A stretch of DNA of 64,000 bases from Mobula hypostoma (taxonomy: Eukaryota): positions 22,570,001-22,634,000 of the forward strand of contig NC_086118.1 of NCBI RefSeq assembly GCF_963921235.1, in the 5' to 3' direction. Numbering within the stretch: position 1 is the stretch's first letter; every line of letters begins with the position of its first letter. Under the pieces are notes generated by a model. It searched no databases. It was given only the letters and a program-made list of their open reading frames with translations, and was not told the DNA's origin. Position numbers and translations under genes: made by a program. This document shows, piece after piece, positions 26,186 through 37,803 of the stretch.

Positions 26186-27069
26186 TCTTGTGCCTGCCAC
26201 ACTCTCCTAGGGAAATGACAGTAGCTCTGATGGTAGCATTGTAGTGTAGTGGAGATATGCAGTGAACCAGTCTTTCAGTGTTACTAAGTTCTAAGTATAG
26301 TCATTTCTCGAAGATGCGTCAGGTCAAGAGTGTATAATTTAATATAATCTAACTAAATGACACAGATACTTACTTCACATTATGATCATGTCATTACATA
26401 ATATATACACATTCACTTACCAAAGGATTCATGATCCTGCCATTGTACCTTTTATGCATCCTTGTTGATGACTGTTGGCAAGTTGCTCTCGAGTTGTTGC
26501 TGTTCAGGATGTTGTGGTCAAAATTTAAGCCTTTCATAGACATCTTGAATGCCATCTGTAGACACCAGTCAAGGTGCCATCACTATGATGGCCTTATGTT
26601 GGAAAAGCAGCCTACGAATCCGAGTGTCTAAAACTTTTTAAAAGCCTATATTATCTGCAATTTAGGTGAATCACCTTGGAAACTGAAATAGTCATCAATA
26701 ATTAAGAGTTAAGTCTTGTAGCAATGTAGCACGAGTTTTGAGATTTTATTGAAACATCTATGATTAGGGTATGACAAACCGAACACTTAGATGTTGTTTT
26801 CCTTCATTAAAGTCTCATGTTAGGTTTCATAATTCTGAATAAATGACGAAGGATGTAGTACTGAAGCCAAGAGGCTTCTTTTTCCACTTAGAGAGCCGCA
26901 AATCTTTGGAATTCTTTTCTCCAGAGAATTACCTATAACCTGTTCTTGAATGTAATCAAAGTTGAGGTTGATAGATTTTTGGTATTTGTTCAAAATCAAC
27001 TGAACCAGTAAAAAAGGTCAAGTAATTTCAAATATAAACTTACAATCAGTGCAAAAAGAGTTTCTGTGA

Positions 27070-29372
27070 TTTATTGCTATATTTCTTTAGCAGTCCATAT
27101 AGACCTTAGCTCCAGCTTGAATTAATCACCGCTGTGAATCTTCACTTGTTGTGTCTACAAGAGACAATAAGTATTAAGTCTCTTGTAATTTTTTAAAAAA
27201 TGCAATGGCATTTATAAGTACAAACTAAAAGCATGCGTTTAGTTTTAATTTATCTATAGTGCACACCATATAATAATTCTGAGCAGTTTTCCATTCATTT
27301 GGAAATTCATTGTCCATTATGTATAATCAGATTACTCACAGGTGGTGGCCTGGCAACTGAAATGATTTTTTTTAATTTTATGTCTATTGTCAAAACACAC
27401 AAAGTTACCACACTCAAATATATTGAAGGCTACTTAAAGGAAAAAATGCATTTTAGAACACTACCCAGTTGTGCTTTTTCATAGCAGTTTTTGTAATTGG
27501 GAAGCTGTAAAGGCATTTCCGCAGAATCTATTAAAAAGCATTTCTCAGAACTGGCACAATCCTTGGTGGTTTATCTTCTGAATTACTAACTGCACTCTTG
27601 GATATTGAGGCAGGACCAGTTTCCATGACAAGCATGAGACAAATGATAAGAGAAACTGTCTATTTATACTTTTATGCATTGAGAGTAATGGAGTTGACAA
27701 TCAATATCTTTACATTTCAACAGCAGAAGAGATATATTGAAGGGCAAAAGGTGAAAATAATACTGTTCAAATAAATAATATTTTGACTTTCTTTTGAAGA
27801 AGCAACTCATATTTAACTTCATTATGCTGTGTAATTGATATTGTACTAAATACCCGTATCACAATTGGCTGTGCCAGGTTTAAGTGTTGCTGAAAATAGC
27901 ACGTTATGTATTTCATACAAAATAATGCTCAAGCTCCCTTGTCAAATATATCTCTTTTTCTGAGATTAGCAAGTTTACAGATCTGATTGCATATAAAATT
28001 TCACATAGATGTTTAAAACTTTGGGTACCATTTATTTGACAGCAAATGATGAATTGAAACCATCTATAAATCTGTTCTGTTCTTTATGAGAAAAGTATGT
28101 CTAGTACTGAGAAAATTAATGAATGTCACTTACTCCTGAATCTATACTTCTATTCTAAATACTATAGGGAACTCTATATCTTCACTACTGCAGATGTGGT
28201 AAGTCTACAATATGTCAATCTGCTGTTACATCAGAAGGGCAACCACAAATGAGCTGATAATACTGGGATGAATTATGGTAGCTATCAATTTAGATGCGTG
28301 ATAAATCTGATACGAAAATTCAGATTATTTGGGAATAACAGAAATTCCACAAGTTCAACAGAAATTCCCAAAAACATTGATCAGTTTTATTTTCCTGCTG
28401 AATAAAATTGTAGTTTAGAATTAATTTATCAGACACATGTGCTAAATGAGCAATATCCCAACGGCGGACTAACTTCTGAAATTTGTTTCCACTGATGGCA
28501 ATAGAATTTTATTTCATAAATGGAGTCCACTGCACAGCTGTTACTTGCTGTGACTTGCGACATACAATGGAATACAATTCCTACCCCTAGTTTTCTGTGT
28601 TACAAATACATTGCCTTGTTGACGAAAGTTTTAAACTGATGATCTTCTTATTCTGAACCCACAATTCATATAAATATATGAAATTCACCTTGATGGAGTT
28701 AGCAATTCACTTAGCCAAAAATATTTAGGTTCTTATATATATGCTGAAAATTGAACAAATATATTTATTTTTTTCTAATAGAGACTAATTTTGCAACACC
28801 ACTGCCACTCATTAAATTTTCCTTGGATTTACTCAAAAAGACAGAATAAATAAATGATGCATAATCTTTCAGCTCCTCACATACAGTATCCTAACAGGGA
28901 CGTAGAGATTGCTGATTACAAATAATATTGTTATAAATACCCGTAAACTTTATTAAATGTGTGCTTTTTTAAAAAAAACTCATAAATGAGGTAAAAGAAA
29001 TGACCCAGTACAGAATTAGCACCCTTATGTAAAGAAATCTGTGAATAAAGTATTAAAGTAACACAAAGAATTTGCAATTCTGTAAAAATAACAATTTCTG
29101 CTAAAGATTTTGGTAGTTTTGAGATAACAAATATCTAAATACTTCTGTTAAACTGAACTCTAATGCAAACTTCTAGATTGCTCATTCTATATTCTTGTCT
29201 AATATGTAGCTATTGGTTTAAATAAATAACTCAGAAAAAATGTATCTTTGAACATAAGGAAAGAACATCCTTGCTTCCAACAGATTCCTGCTTAAATTTA
29301 TTCAGAATATCTTCTGTTGTCATTATTTTAATATTTATAGTCCTGTTGTGAATATCTTACATATTTAACATT
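27070..29372 (-). other. Probable 3' UTR / polyadenylation region of the HS3ST3 gene (end not determinable)
   Basis: AT-rich, apparently repeat-free stretch after the stop codon. Minus-strand AATAAA at 29297-29302, 28949-28954, 28764-28769, 28508-28513, 28386-28391, 28031-28036 and 27070-27075. Confidence 0.4.
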
Positions 29373-29994
29373 TCAGTTATCCCAGCCAAAGTTCTGCCCC
29401 GTCATTTGGTAAAATTTCATGTTGAAAGGCCTATAGAAGTCTCTCAGCCTCCGAACCACCTCTGGGTCAATATTGGGATGTGTCCTTCCTTTCGTTTTGC
29501 CTAGGCAATGGGGCTTGCTGCTTCCCTCTGGTTTCTTCAAGCAGAGAAAGCCCTTGGTCTTGTTGAAGTAAAAGTGTTTATCTGTAATGATTCTTTTGAG
29601 ACCCAGGAAGTCTTGTACTTTTCCTAGCTCCCCGGCTGGGTCATTAATTAGTCTCTCTCCACTCACAAACAGGATTTGTCCCATAGGGAAATAGAGAAGC
29701 CAGTTCTCCAGGTGCTTGGCATAGATGCCAATCTGGATCGCATTCCAGGAAGTGTCAATCAAACCTGAAGTCCTGTTTTTGAAGGCTAAGCTCTCAAAAC
29801 TGGGTATGTTGGGTTTCTTCGAGAGAGCTTGTGTGTAGTCAGATATAGCTCTAGTGACTGGATCCCGAACTACCAGTATGAGTTTGGCATCCTTGGACAT
29901 TGCATAGATTCGGGCAGCTGCTTCCTTAGTGACAAAATAACTGGGTGTTTTCTCCATAGTGACTTGTCCATCCAGAGTTTTAGGCATCAAGTTT
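29373..29994 (-). CDS. HS3ST3A1: Heparan sulfate glucosamine 3-O-sulfotransferase 3 (HS3ST3A1/HS3ST3B1 type), final coding exon
   Basis: Acceptor TTTCTACAG| at 29995-29996, then A+AAC TTG ATG CCT (phase-2 junction, as in HS3ST3 WYR/DLMP). Contains [20 protein letters not shown] (3'-PAPS site), CLGKTKGR and [16 protein letters not shown] at 29373-29375. A1 versus B1 cannot be settled from this exon; the extra residue after GWD only weakly favours A1. Confidence 0.93.
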
Positions 29995-30295
29995 CTGTAG
30001 AAATATAAATTGGCATTAAAAATATTAGAGCTTTGCTTGTGCTAATTTATTAAATACATTAAATCCCATTCAAATACAATCGGGAAAAATCAACTTTATC
30101 ATAAGTTACTCATCAAACCCTTGTCCAATTCTCCTTTGTAAAATCAATAAGTAACAGAACTGGAGAGATAACACAACAGCAGCCAGTCTGTAAAAAGGAG
30201 AGACGTTCCCTCTTCAGTCTAGATTTTGCTTTTGAGAGCATTTTTGTTTGATGCAAAACTGGCTAGCAGTTTAGGAACAAAAATACCCTGTGAAT

Positions 30296-30542
30296 GCACA
30301 CACAAAATGCTAGAGGAACTCAGCAGGTCAGGCAGCATCTATGGAGAAGAATAAACAGTCAACATTTCAGGCCAAATCCCGTCATCTGGACTGGCACTTT
30401 ACAAACTCTCAATCTCTTTAAGTTCCCTAGCCATAGTTGCCTCATTTTCACTATGGATGTTCAGTCCCTATACACCTCTATCCCCTGAATTGCTAAGTTC
30501 CTGCAGCATTTTGTGTGTTGCTCTGGATTTCCAGCATCTGCA
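30296..30542 (+). mobile_element. Internally deleted mini Penelope: inverted pLTR, RT fragment, pLTR end
   Basis: 30296-30394 is a reversed pLTR. ~30400-30485 encodes LIFTMDVQSLYTSIP (PLE RT motif). 30486-30542 is the sense pLTR end. Confidence 0.8.
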
Positions 30543-31589
30543 CAGGCGATTGTGCCTGTAAATGAACGCATTTTTGATCTGTCTCACTTTCATATGGATA
30601 TTCATTTGTTTGACTTGTTAACTCTTAACTCACACTATGCTAATTGGTGTTGGTCTGCCTGAAGAACCACCAAAAAATAATGTTTACTAAATACCTTTTA
30701 CATTATGGGACAGATCTCCCACTACAACACAGTGCACATAACTGTGGAAACATCTCCAGCCCTGCTGCCTGTGTGGTTCCATTAGACTTCTTACGGAAGC
30801 CAGCGTGAGCTTCCACGATTTTCTCAGGTCCCAAGCTGGAAAATCTCTCTGCTGAGCTTGAGTTGTGTTTAGCCTGACACCAGTCCCCATTCAAATTGAA
30901 AAGAAGTAGTTGATTTTTATCATTTCTTTACACTATTTTCAATATGAATCCATTTAATATATATTTAGTCTATAAAACGTAAAATAAATAACATCTTAGC
31001 AATGTTTCTGTTTTCAACTTGTATCAAACATATGAATTTAATCGTCATAGCAGTATCAGTTGCCCCTGTGTGGGGACAAGGCCATACCAGATGTCAAAGC
31101 AGTTCCATGAATGATGGCCCGAGTACTGTATGCCAAAACACTTGGAGCCTGGATCTTGGTGAAAGACTGTGGTGAGTAGGAGGCAAGGGCACATGGATGG
31201 GTTTCTAGTAATGATGTGAGAACTGAAGATTTGCCCCAATAAGATAGTTTAATGAAGCAGAAAAAAAAGAGAAAACGAAAGTATGACTATCAAAAGCATA
31301 GCATCAAAAATACTGGCAGTGAGGGAATAAATAGACATTTAGGAAGGAAAGTGAAGAGCACAGGTAACTGAGGGTGCAGCCGCCAACGTTAACATGAGGA
31401 AAGTTCAGGACCCAGTAGGTTTTAAGCCAATTGAAGAAGAGTGGGGGTAAGGAATGAGGGGCAGTGGGGTGGCATTACTAAACAGTTGAGATGGATTGAG
31501 GACATGGACGCATTTGGACACAAGGCTGAAAGCTGAAGCATTGAGACTACACATCAGTTTTGTCATATCCACTTATGAGATTTTATTTT

Positions 31590-31785
31590 TCAAAGTTCAA
31601 AGTATATTTATTATCAAAGTATGTATACATTATACAATCTTGAGATTTGTCTCCTTACAAGCAGCCACAAAACCCAAAAAGAACCCATTAAAGAAGGCAG
31701 TCAAGCGCCCAATGTGTAGAGAGAGAGAAAAAAAAACAAATCATGCAAACAATAAAAAGTAAACAAATAGTGTTCAGAATGAATT
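31590..31785 (-). repeat. 3' end of a non-autonomous LINE-tail family
   Basis: Minus strand ends TATACATACTTTGATAATAAATATACTTTGAACTTTG, related to the tails at ~6960 and ~51790. Confidence 0.55.
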
Positions 31786-33289
31786 TGGTATTAATATTAG
31801 CACATTACTGTCATATGTACTGAGATACAGTACAGTGAAAAAAAAATATTTTCATGCCACCTCGGCTGATCATCCCATACAATCGATGTACTTACAGTAC
31901 TTACTTACAGTACATCGATTCTAGGTTTGCTACCATTCAGATTTATGTACTTAAAGGATTGTCATCTTGATGGCCCAATCCTGTAACCTTTCCAACTTAT
32001 ATTGTGCTGGGAACTCTTGTTTCCCATTTGCAGTGTTTTTTTTCATCCGGCCCCTATTTCCCAAATCATTTATGCCCAATATGAATGATGATGGTCACAA
32101 GATTGATCACGTTTTTTCTATTTCAACACAGTTCCATTTACAATTATCCATTATTTCCTCAAATTCGGTCTACCTTCAGTCCTGAGGTAAAGATAAATTA
32201 AAACTCAGGTTTGCTCATATTGGAACTCAATTGTCACATAATATATTCACTTCAATTCAATCTCAATAGAGTCAGTAATTAGTTTGCCAAGATATGCTGA
32301 GACTGAAACAATACTCCATATTAAGTATATATCCAATTTGAACCACAACCCATTAATTTTTATGTGGTAATTTAAATTCAAACATGAATAGATGAATATT
32401 TCCAAAACCACTGATTGTTCACAGCATTAATTTCCTGTTTTTGCCTGTTAACTGATCACTTTTTACTTGCTGTAAGCATTGAGCAAGCAGAATAACTTGG
32501 TTTTACTTGATGAGTGGTTCACATCTTGGCATTGTAATATTTAACACTGCAAATGAATGGCATGATTTGGTTCACTGCAATTATGCATTTCAGTCACAAT
32601 TATACTTGGCTTAAATTTACGTTAAGCAGCAATCAGTAGAGAACCCCCAGAATGCATGAACTGCTATTTTTAATGTATTCCTGTCTGAGTAGAATTTTAT
32701 CATAGGCCAGTAATAACCCTGGGAGCACTTTTCATTTGCAACAAGTCACTGGGCATTTTGTGGGCACAATAACAAGAAGGCCTTTGATGTTTGGGAATAG
32801 TTTACAATACACATTAATGGCCAGATTAATGGCTTCACTTGCTGCACTGCTCCAGGGTCTATCCCAGATTAATCAGCAAAGCAGAGGGCTGATATTTAGT
32901 CCTGTAGAAGCCCTACTCCCCCTGAATATAGAGGATATGTCTTCTAATATCAAACTTTTTGTCCACGGTTATATTGTTGTTGGATATAGAAAGAGGAACT
33001 GCTCTAACTCTGTTTTTCAGTTGCAGACTCATTCGGGCGAGAGACTTTTCTGTTGAGATATTCCATCCGCCCTAGTATTCTTATGCTCATGGTGCACACT
33101 ATTGCTGGAGTACAGGTACGTGGTTCCCAGCCATTCACCAGTATCTTTCCTGAGTGATTAATGCATTAGTGTTCATCTAGATAGAGGGCTTTTATCTCAC
33201 TGACTGATTCCTAAATTGGATCTATGGCAGAGTGTGAAAGTCAGAGCTTCTGTTCAATTATATGTATCCATAGATTCCTAGAGAGATAC

Positions 33290-33625
33290 TGAAATGAAAA
33301 AAGGTCCTCTGATCCACCAAGCCCAGCAACTATCCATTTATCACCGACTAATCCGTCATGAATCTCATTTTATGTTATCCTGACATTTGCATCAACCCAC
33401 TATCGATTCTACCAGTCATCTGCACACTGGGGACAATATTCAGTGACCAATTAACTGAGAAGGTCTGAAACCCTTAGGACATGGAAAGAAACAAGAGTTC
33501 CTGGAGGAAATCCACACAGTCACAGCTGAACCTGCAGACTTGACACAGACAACAGCCAAGGTGGTAACTGTGAAGTATCAACTCTTTTGTGGCATTTGTA
33601 GTACTGTGCCATTCTACACTGACTA
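33290..33625 (-). repeat. Degenerate V-SINE
   Basis: GTGACCAATTAAC..CCTGGAGGAAATCCACACAGTCACAG is the reverse of the SINE core. Confidence 0.5.
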
Positions 33626-34017
33626 AGCTAAACTTAATCCAATCTAGAATGAAACTCTGGAGCCATCCATACAGATATTTCATTGAGATCTGCTATATTT
33701 TAATTTTAAATGCCTCCAGTAACTGATGTGGCCCATAATGACACTGGACTTTTCATGGTAAACTATGAAGGCCTCAGTCTGGGATCCTGCTGTCCTGCCT
33801 ACCTGACTAATGTGATGAGATCAGCATTGAAGGAAAATTGAATGGAAGTCCAACCTATTTTCAGTGATCTGATAAAAGTAATCATCCCTGTGAGGGGAAG
33901 ATACAATCTGGCTTGATTGTTTCATCTTCTGACTGTTGGAGGTTGACTAATCACGGAACAAAAATCACGTCTCACACCATTCCTGTGCTTGGAAACACTT
34001 CAATCTTCAAACTGGGA

Positions 34018-34255
34018 TGGCATGGTAGTTTAGTGGTTAGTGTAACTATCGCAGTGCCAGTGACCAGGGTTCACTTCCCCCACTGTCTGTAAGGAGTATG
34101 TACATTCTCCTCATGACTGTGTGGCTTTCCACTGGGTGCTCTGGATTCCTCACCCATTGCAAAGACAAATGTGCCAGTAGGTTAATTGGTCACTTGGGTG
34201 TAATTTGGTGTTGTGGGCTCGTTGGACCTGTTATTGTGCTGTATCTCTAAAACAA
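34018..34255 (+). mobile_element. tRNA-derived V-SINE (HE1-like)
   Basis: A box TGGTAGTTTAGTGG, B-box-like GGTTCACTTCC, core TTCTCCTCATGACTGTGTGGCTTTCCACTGGGTGCTCTGG, CR1-like end GTGCTGTATCTCTAAAACAAAAA. Confidence 0.75.
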
Positions 34256-36011
34256 AAACTCTACTTCATCTTTTCAGATCCCTGGGTTGCCTCTGTTCTG
34301 TCCATCTCTGTCGCACCCTCTAGCCTTGAGACATATGAACTCTTTAATTTGGTACATGTGCATCTCCAATACTGCTGTTGGAGTATCTCCAGTACCCCAC
34401 TGGTGGCTCATAATTTCAGTTATCTTGATCTTAAATTTCATATTCCCTACTTAAGCCTTCCCACCTCAGTACTTCCTCCCCCCCGCCCCCTCCCCCGGGA
34501 TGCTTGCCTTACTTTCTTTTATGCCTTGGAATTAGATATTGTTTGATAACAGTCTTTTTAAACACTTCGGCCCATTATAGAGGAACAAAACTTGGACAAT
34601 CTAATATTTTAACCATTATTAAAGGAAATTAAAAGCCAATATAAAGTAACACATAGATACATTTATTGCTCCACCTGGGCTTCATGTGTGATATGAAGGA
34701 TCTTCTATCCATTCTGAATCTCAAGAATTCATTCAACCCAAAATATCAACTTATTTTTCATATTATTCCTGGTCTCCTATGAACTTCTTTGGGATTTTCT
34801 GATTCTTTTCCCATATTCTCAGATTTTCTTTTGATCTCTACTAATAAGCAGCCGAGCCATTGTAATCAACAGTGTGGAGCTGATTGTATCATTAGACAAT
34901 ATGTGTTAAACTTCTACCTGCTGCTTTTCACTCCTAAAATAAAAATACTGGGAAGAAAAAGTAGAATTAAAACAATATATATATATTCAAGAAGGGATAT
35001 GCAATTCAGGAAATAAAAGTAAGGATTAAATGAAAGGTGAGAAGAACTACAGGAGTTACATGGAGTTAATCTGTGTAATGTTCCTTGAGCTGTGATTTGC
35101 TAGAGATTGTGTCATAACTGGGATTAATAGTTAGTAGATGACAGCTTTGCAAATCAACACCTCGACATAATAGTCATGATGATAGCCATTATATGCCCAA
35201 CCATTGGAAGGAGATGTAATGAGCACCCAGGGCTATAATTCTAACAAATTGTTGCCATCTTTGTTATCACTGAGCATTGCCAGTTTGTAATAAGTGTCTT
35301 TCAGAACATGGTAAAAGTAGAATGAAGGAAGATGAATTTGAGAAAAACGTGGAATTGCCTTTTTTTTTCCTGTTAGACAGTACTAATGAGATATTCAGTG
35401 ACCTGAGAAAATGAAATCATTTGAATTGAAGTGAGTTTGTTGTTGTTAAAATCTCTTTTAAATTTGAAAAATGTAGAGCAGCTTAGCATAGGTTGCTGGA
35501 TGCTATGTATTACATTTCTGTCAAGATCAGATTTTGCTCTTTGTTTACCTGCATAAGGATAACAGCCTATTTTTATGTAGGAACCTATAGATTTTCTATC
35601 AATATCACATCATCAAGCAGAAGGTAGCAAAGTCATTGAAACCTGATCGCCCTCCAGTTACTCTTGATCCTCATTCTCTTTAAGATGTTAACTTGATCCC
35701 AGGAGCAGTTTATACAGAGTACCGAAGTGGACATTAGATATACATACATGAGGCTTGATAGCTGTGGCAGCAGGGCAAAGGCTCGAGTCATGCAGTGAAA
35801 CATTGGGCCTCATATCAAAATCTGCACAATTACATTGGAATTCCATACTTTAAACAAGAGCAGGCACCTCCCTCTAACTAATTGTGCTGCCACCAGTGAT
35901 GTTGGAACCAGGTATCACTGCACACAGTGGCAATCAAACTTAGTTCCTTGTTAATCTGGGAGTTTTTTTTAATATGAATACAGTTTACTCACAAACTAAG
36001 ATACAGAGGAA

Positions 36012-36746
36012 GCAACACACAAAATGCTGGCCATATGCAGCAGGCCAGGCAGCATCTCTAGGAAGAGGTACAGTCGATGTTTCGGGCCAAGAGCCTTCAT
36101 CAGGACTAACTGAAAGAAGAGATAGTAAGAGATTTGAAAGTGGGATGGGGAGGGGGATATCCGAAATGATAGGAGAAGACAGGAGGGGGAGGCATGAAGC
36201 TAAGAGCTGGAAAGTTGGTTGGCAAAAGGGATACAAGGCTGGAGAAGGGAGAGGATCGTGGGATGAGAGGCCTAGGGAGAAAGAGAGGGGGAGGGGAGCA
36301 CCAGAGGAAGATGGAGAGCAGGCAAGGAGTTATTGTGAGAGGGACAGAGAGAGAGAAAAAAAAGAGGAAAAATAAATAAATAAATAGACAAACAAACAAA
36401 CAAAACAAATAAATAAATAGGGGATGGGGTAAGAAGGGGAGGAGGGGCATTAACAGAAGTTAGAGAAGTCAATGTTCATGCCACCAGGTTGGAGGCTACC
36501 CAGACGGAATATAAGGTGTTGTTCCGTCAACCTGAGTGTGGCTTCATCTTGTTCAGAACACCTACGCTCTGTCCGCCAGAGAAAGCAGGATCTCCCAGTG
36601 GCACACATTTTAATTCCACGTCCCATTCCCTTTCTGATATGTTAATCCATGGCCTCCTCTACTGTCAAGATGAAGCCACACTCAGGTTGGAGGAACAACA
36701 CCTTATATTCCGTCTGGGTAGCCTCCAACTGGATGGCATGAACATT
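36012..36746. mobile_element. Penelope-like element with inversion; right end truncated
   Basis: 36012-~36550 is a reversed pLTR plus endonuclease end. ~36556-36746 is sense and encodes THFNSTSHS..EATLRLEEQHLIFRLGSLQ.DGMNI. No sense pLTR and no TSD. Confidence 0.88.
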
Positions 36747-36824
36747 GGCAATAAAGTAGCCATTTACAATAACTCTCACTACTATGAAAAATCATCACTA
36801 AATGTAGAGAATCTAAAAGTTGAA

Positions 36825-37110
36825 ACCTGATAGCAGCTGGATTTCCTGGCACCCCTTCCCCTTTAATTCTTTGATCAATTCCTTTAAGTCTGTGGCCGTT
36901 GGCTATTGACTCCTCAACTAAGTGAAGTGGGTTCCTCCTTTTTAGGGTTTTCTTATGTATTCTATTTATCTCCATTATTTTGTCCATCTCATTTGAATCC
37001 TCCCTTGCCCTTAACACCTCCACTCTCAAAAAATCTCTACCCAATCTTTCCCCACAGCTCTAATTGTCTTCTCCAGGCAATATTCTTGTAAATCTCCTCT
37101 GCACAATGTA
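36825..37110 (-). repeat. Old CR1 ORF2 C-terminal remnant
   Basis: Minus-strand translation contains ANGHRLKGIDQRIKG, like CR1 TRGH.LKV. Confidence 0.45.
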
Positions 37111-37549
37111 ACGAATATGCTACAGTTGTCACCGACTTCATCAAGATCTGCATGGATAAGTGTGCACCTTCGAGAACATAATGGACATATCTAAGTTAAA
37201 AGCTGTGGATGAATTTGGAGATCCATGGTCTGCTGTGTTCTCTTCCATAAAGAGTACTTGCTTAATCGCTCTGTCATTTCCATGTTCCTCATTCTTCCAT
37301 TTCTGTCTGTAAATCCCTCACTAAATAAGGAAACCAAAATGCTCTGTCATTTTCAAGATGTGGTCAGTATAGTTACAGCAAAACTTTCCTTCTCACTTAC
37401 TACATTTTCATGGCTGATTCTGTTCCCTAACATTATATACCTTTATTTTTCCATGTCCCCCATATATTGCAAATATATTCATCTTAATTTAACAATTGTG
37501 CTAGCCTTAATTGCCATGTAGAAAAGAGTTCCAAATTTTTGCTACTCCC

Positions 37550-37803
37550 TGAAGCACCTTCAATAACTCCAAAAGACTGAAGTAGGGTAAATACTGAAAG
37601 ACTTTTGGAGTTATTGAAGGTGCTTCAATTTTATTTGCTGTACAATACGACCTCCATGGTGAGTGTCTGCCCCCGGACTGAGGGAGAGGGGCAAGGCAAA
37701 ATCACCTTTAGTCAGGGGTCTGTGGGAGGAGCCACAGGGGCAGTCAGCAGATGGGCGTGTTCAGACAGTTAACCCAGTTACAACATATATATGGTTTGCC
37801 ACA
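37550..37803 (-). mobile_element. Solo LTR with 5-bp TSD and internal inverted duplication of its terminus
   Basis: Minus strand TGTGGCAAAC...GGTGCTTCA (TG..CA) with AATAAA at ~37630-37635. CTCCC at 37545-37549 and 37804-37808. Confidence 0.75.

Noticed and set aside
35974..36472. Cluster of 60-133 aa ORFs (also 58460-58944 and 60097-60568)
   Set aside because: Low-complexity translations of the PLE purine/pyrimidine-biased UTR.
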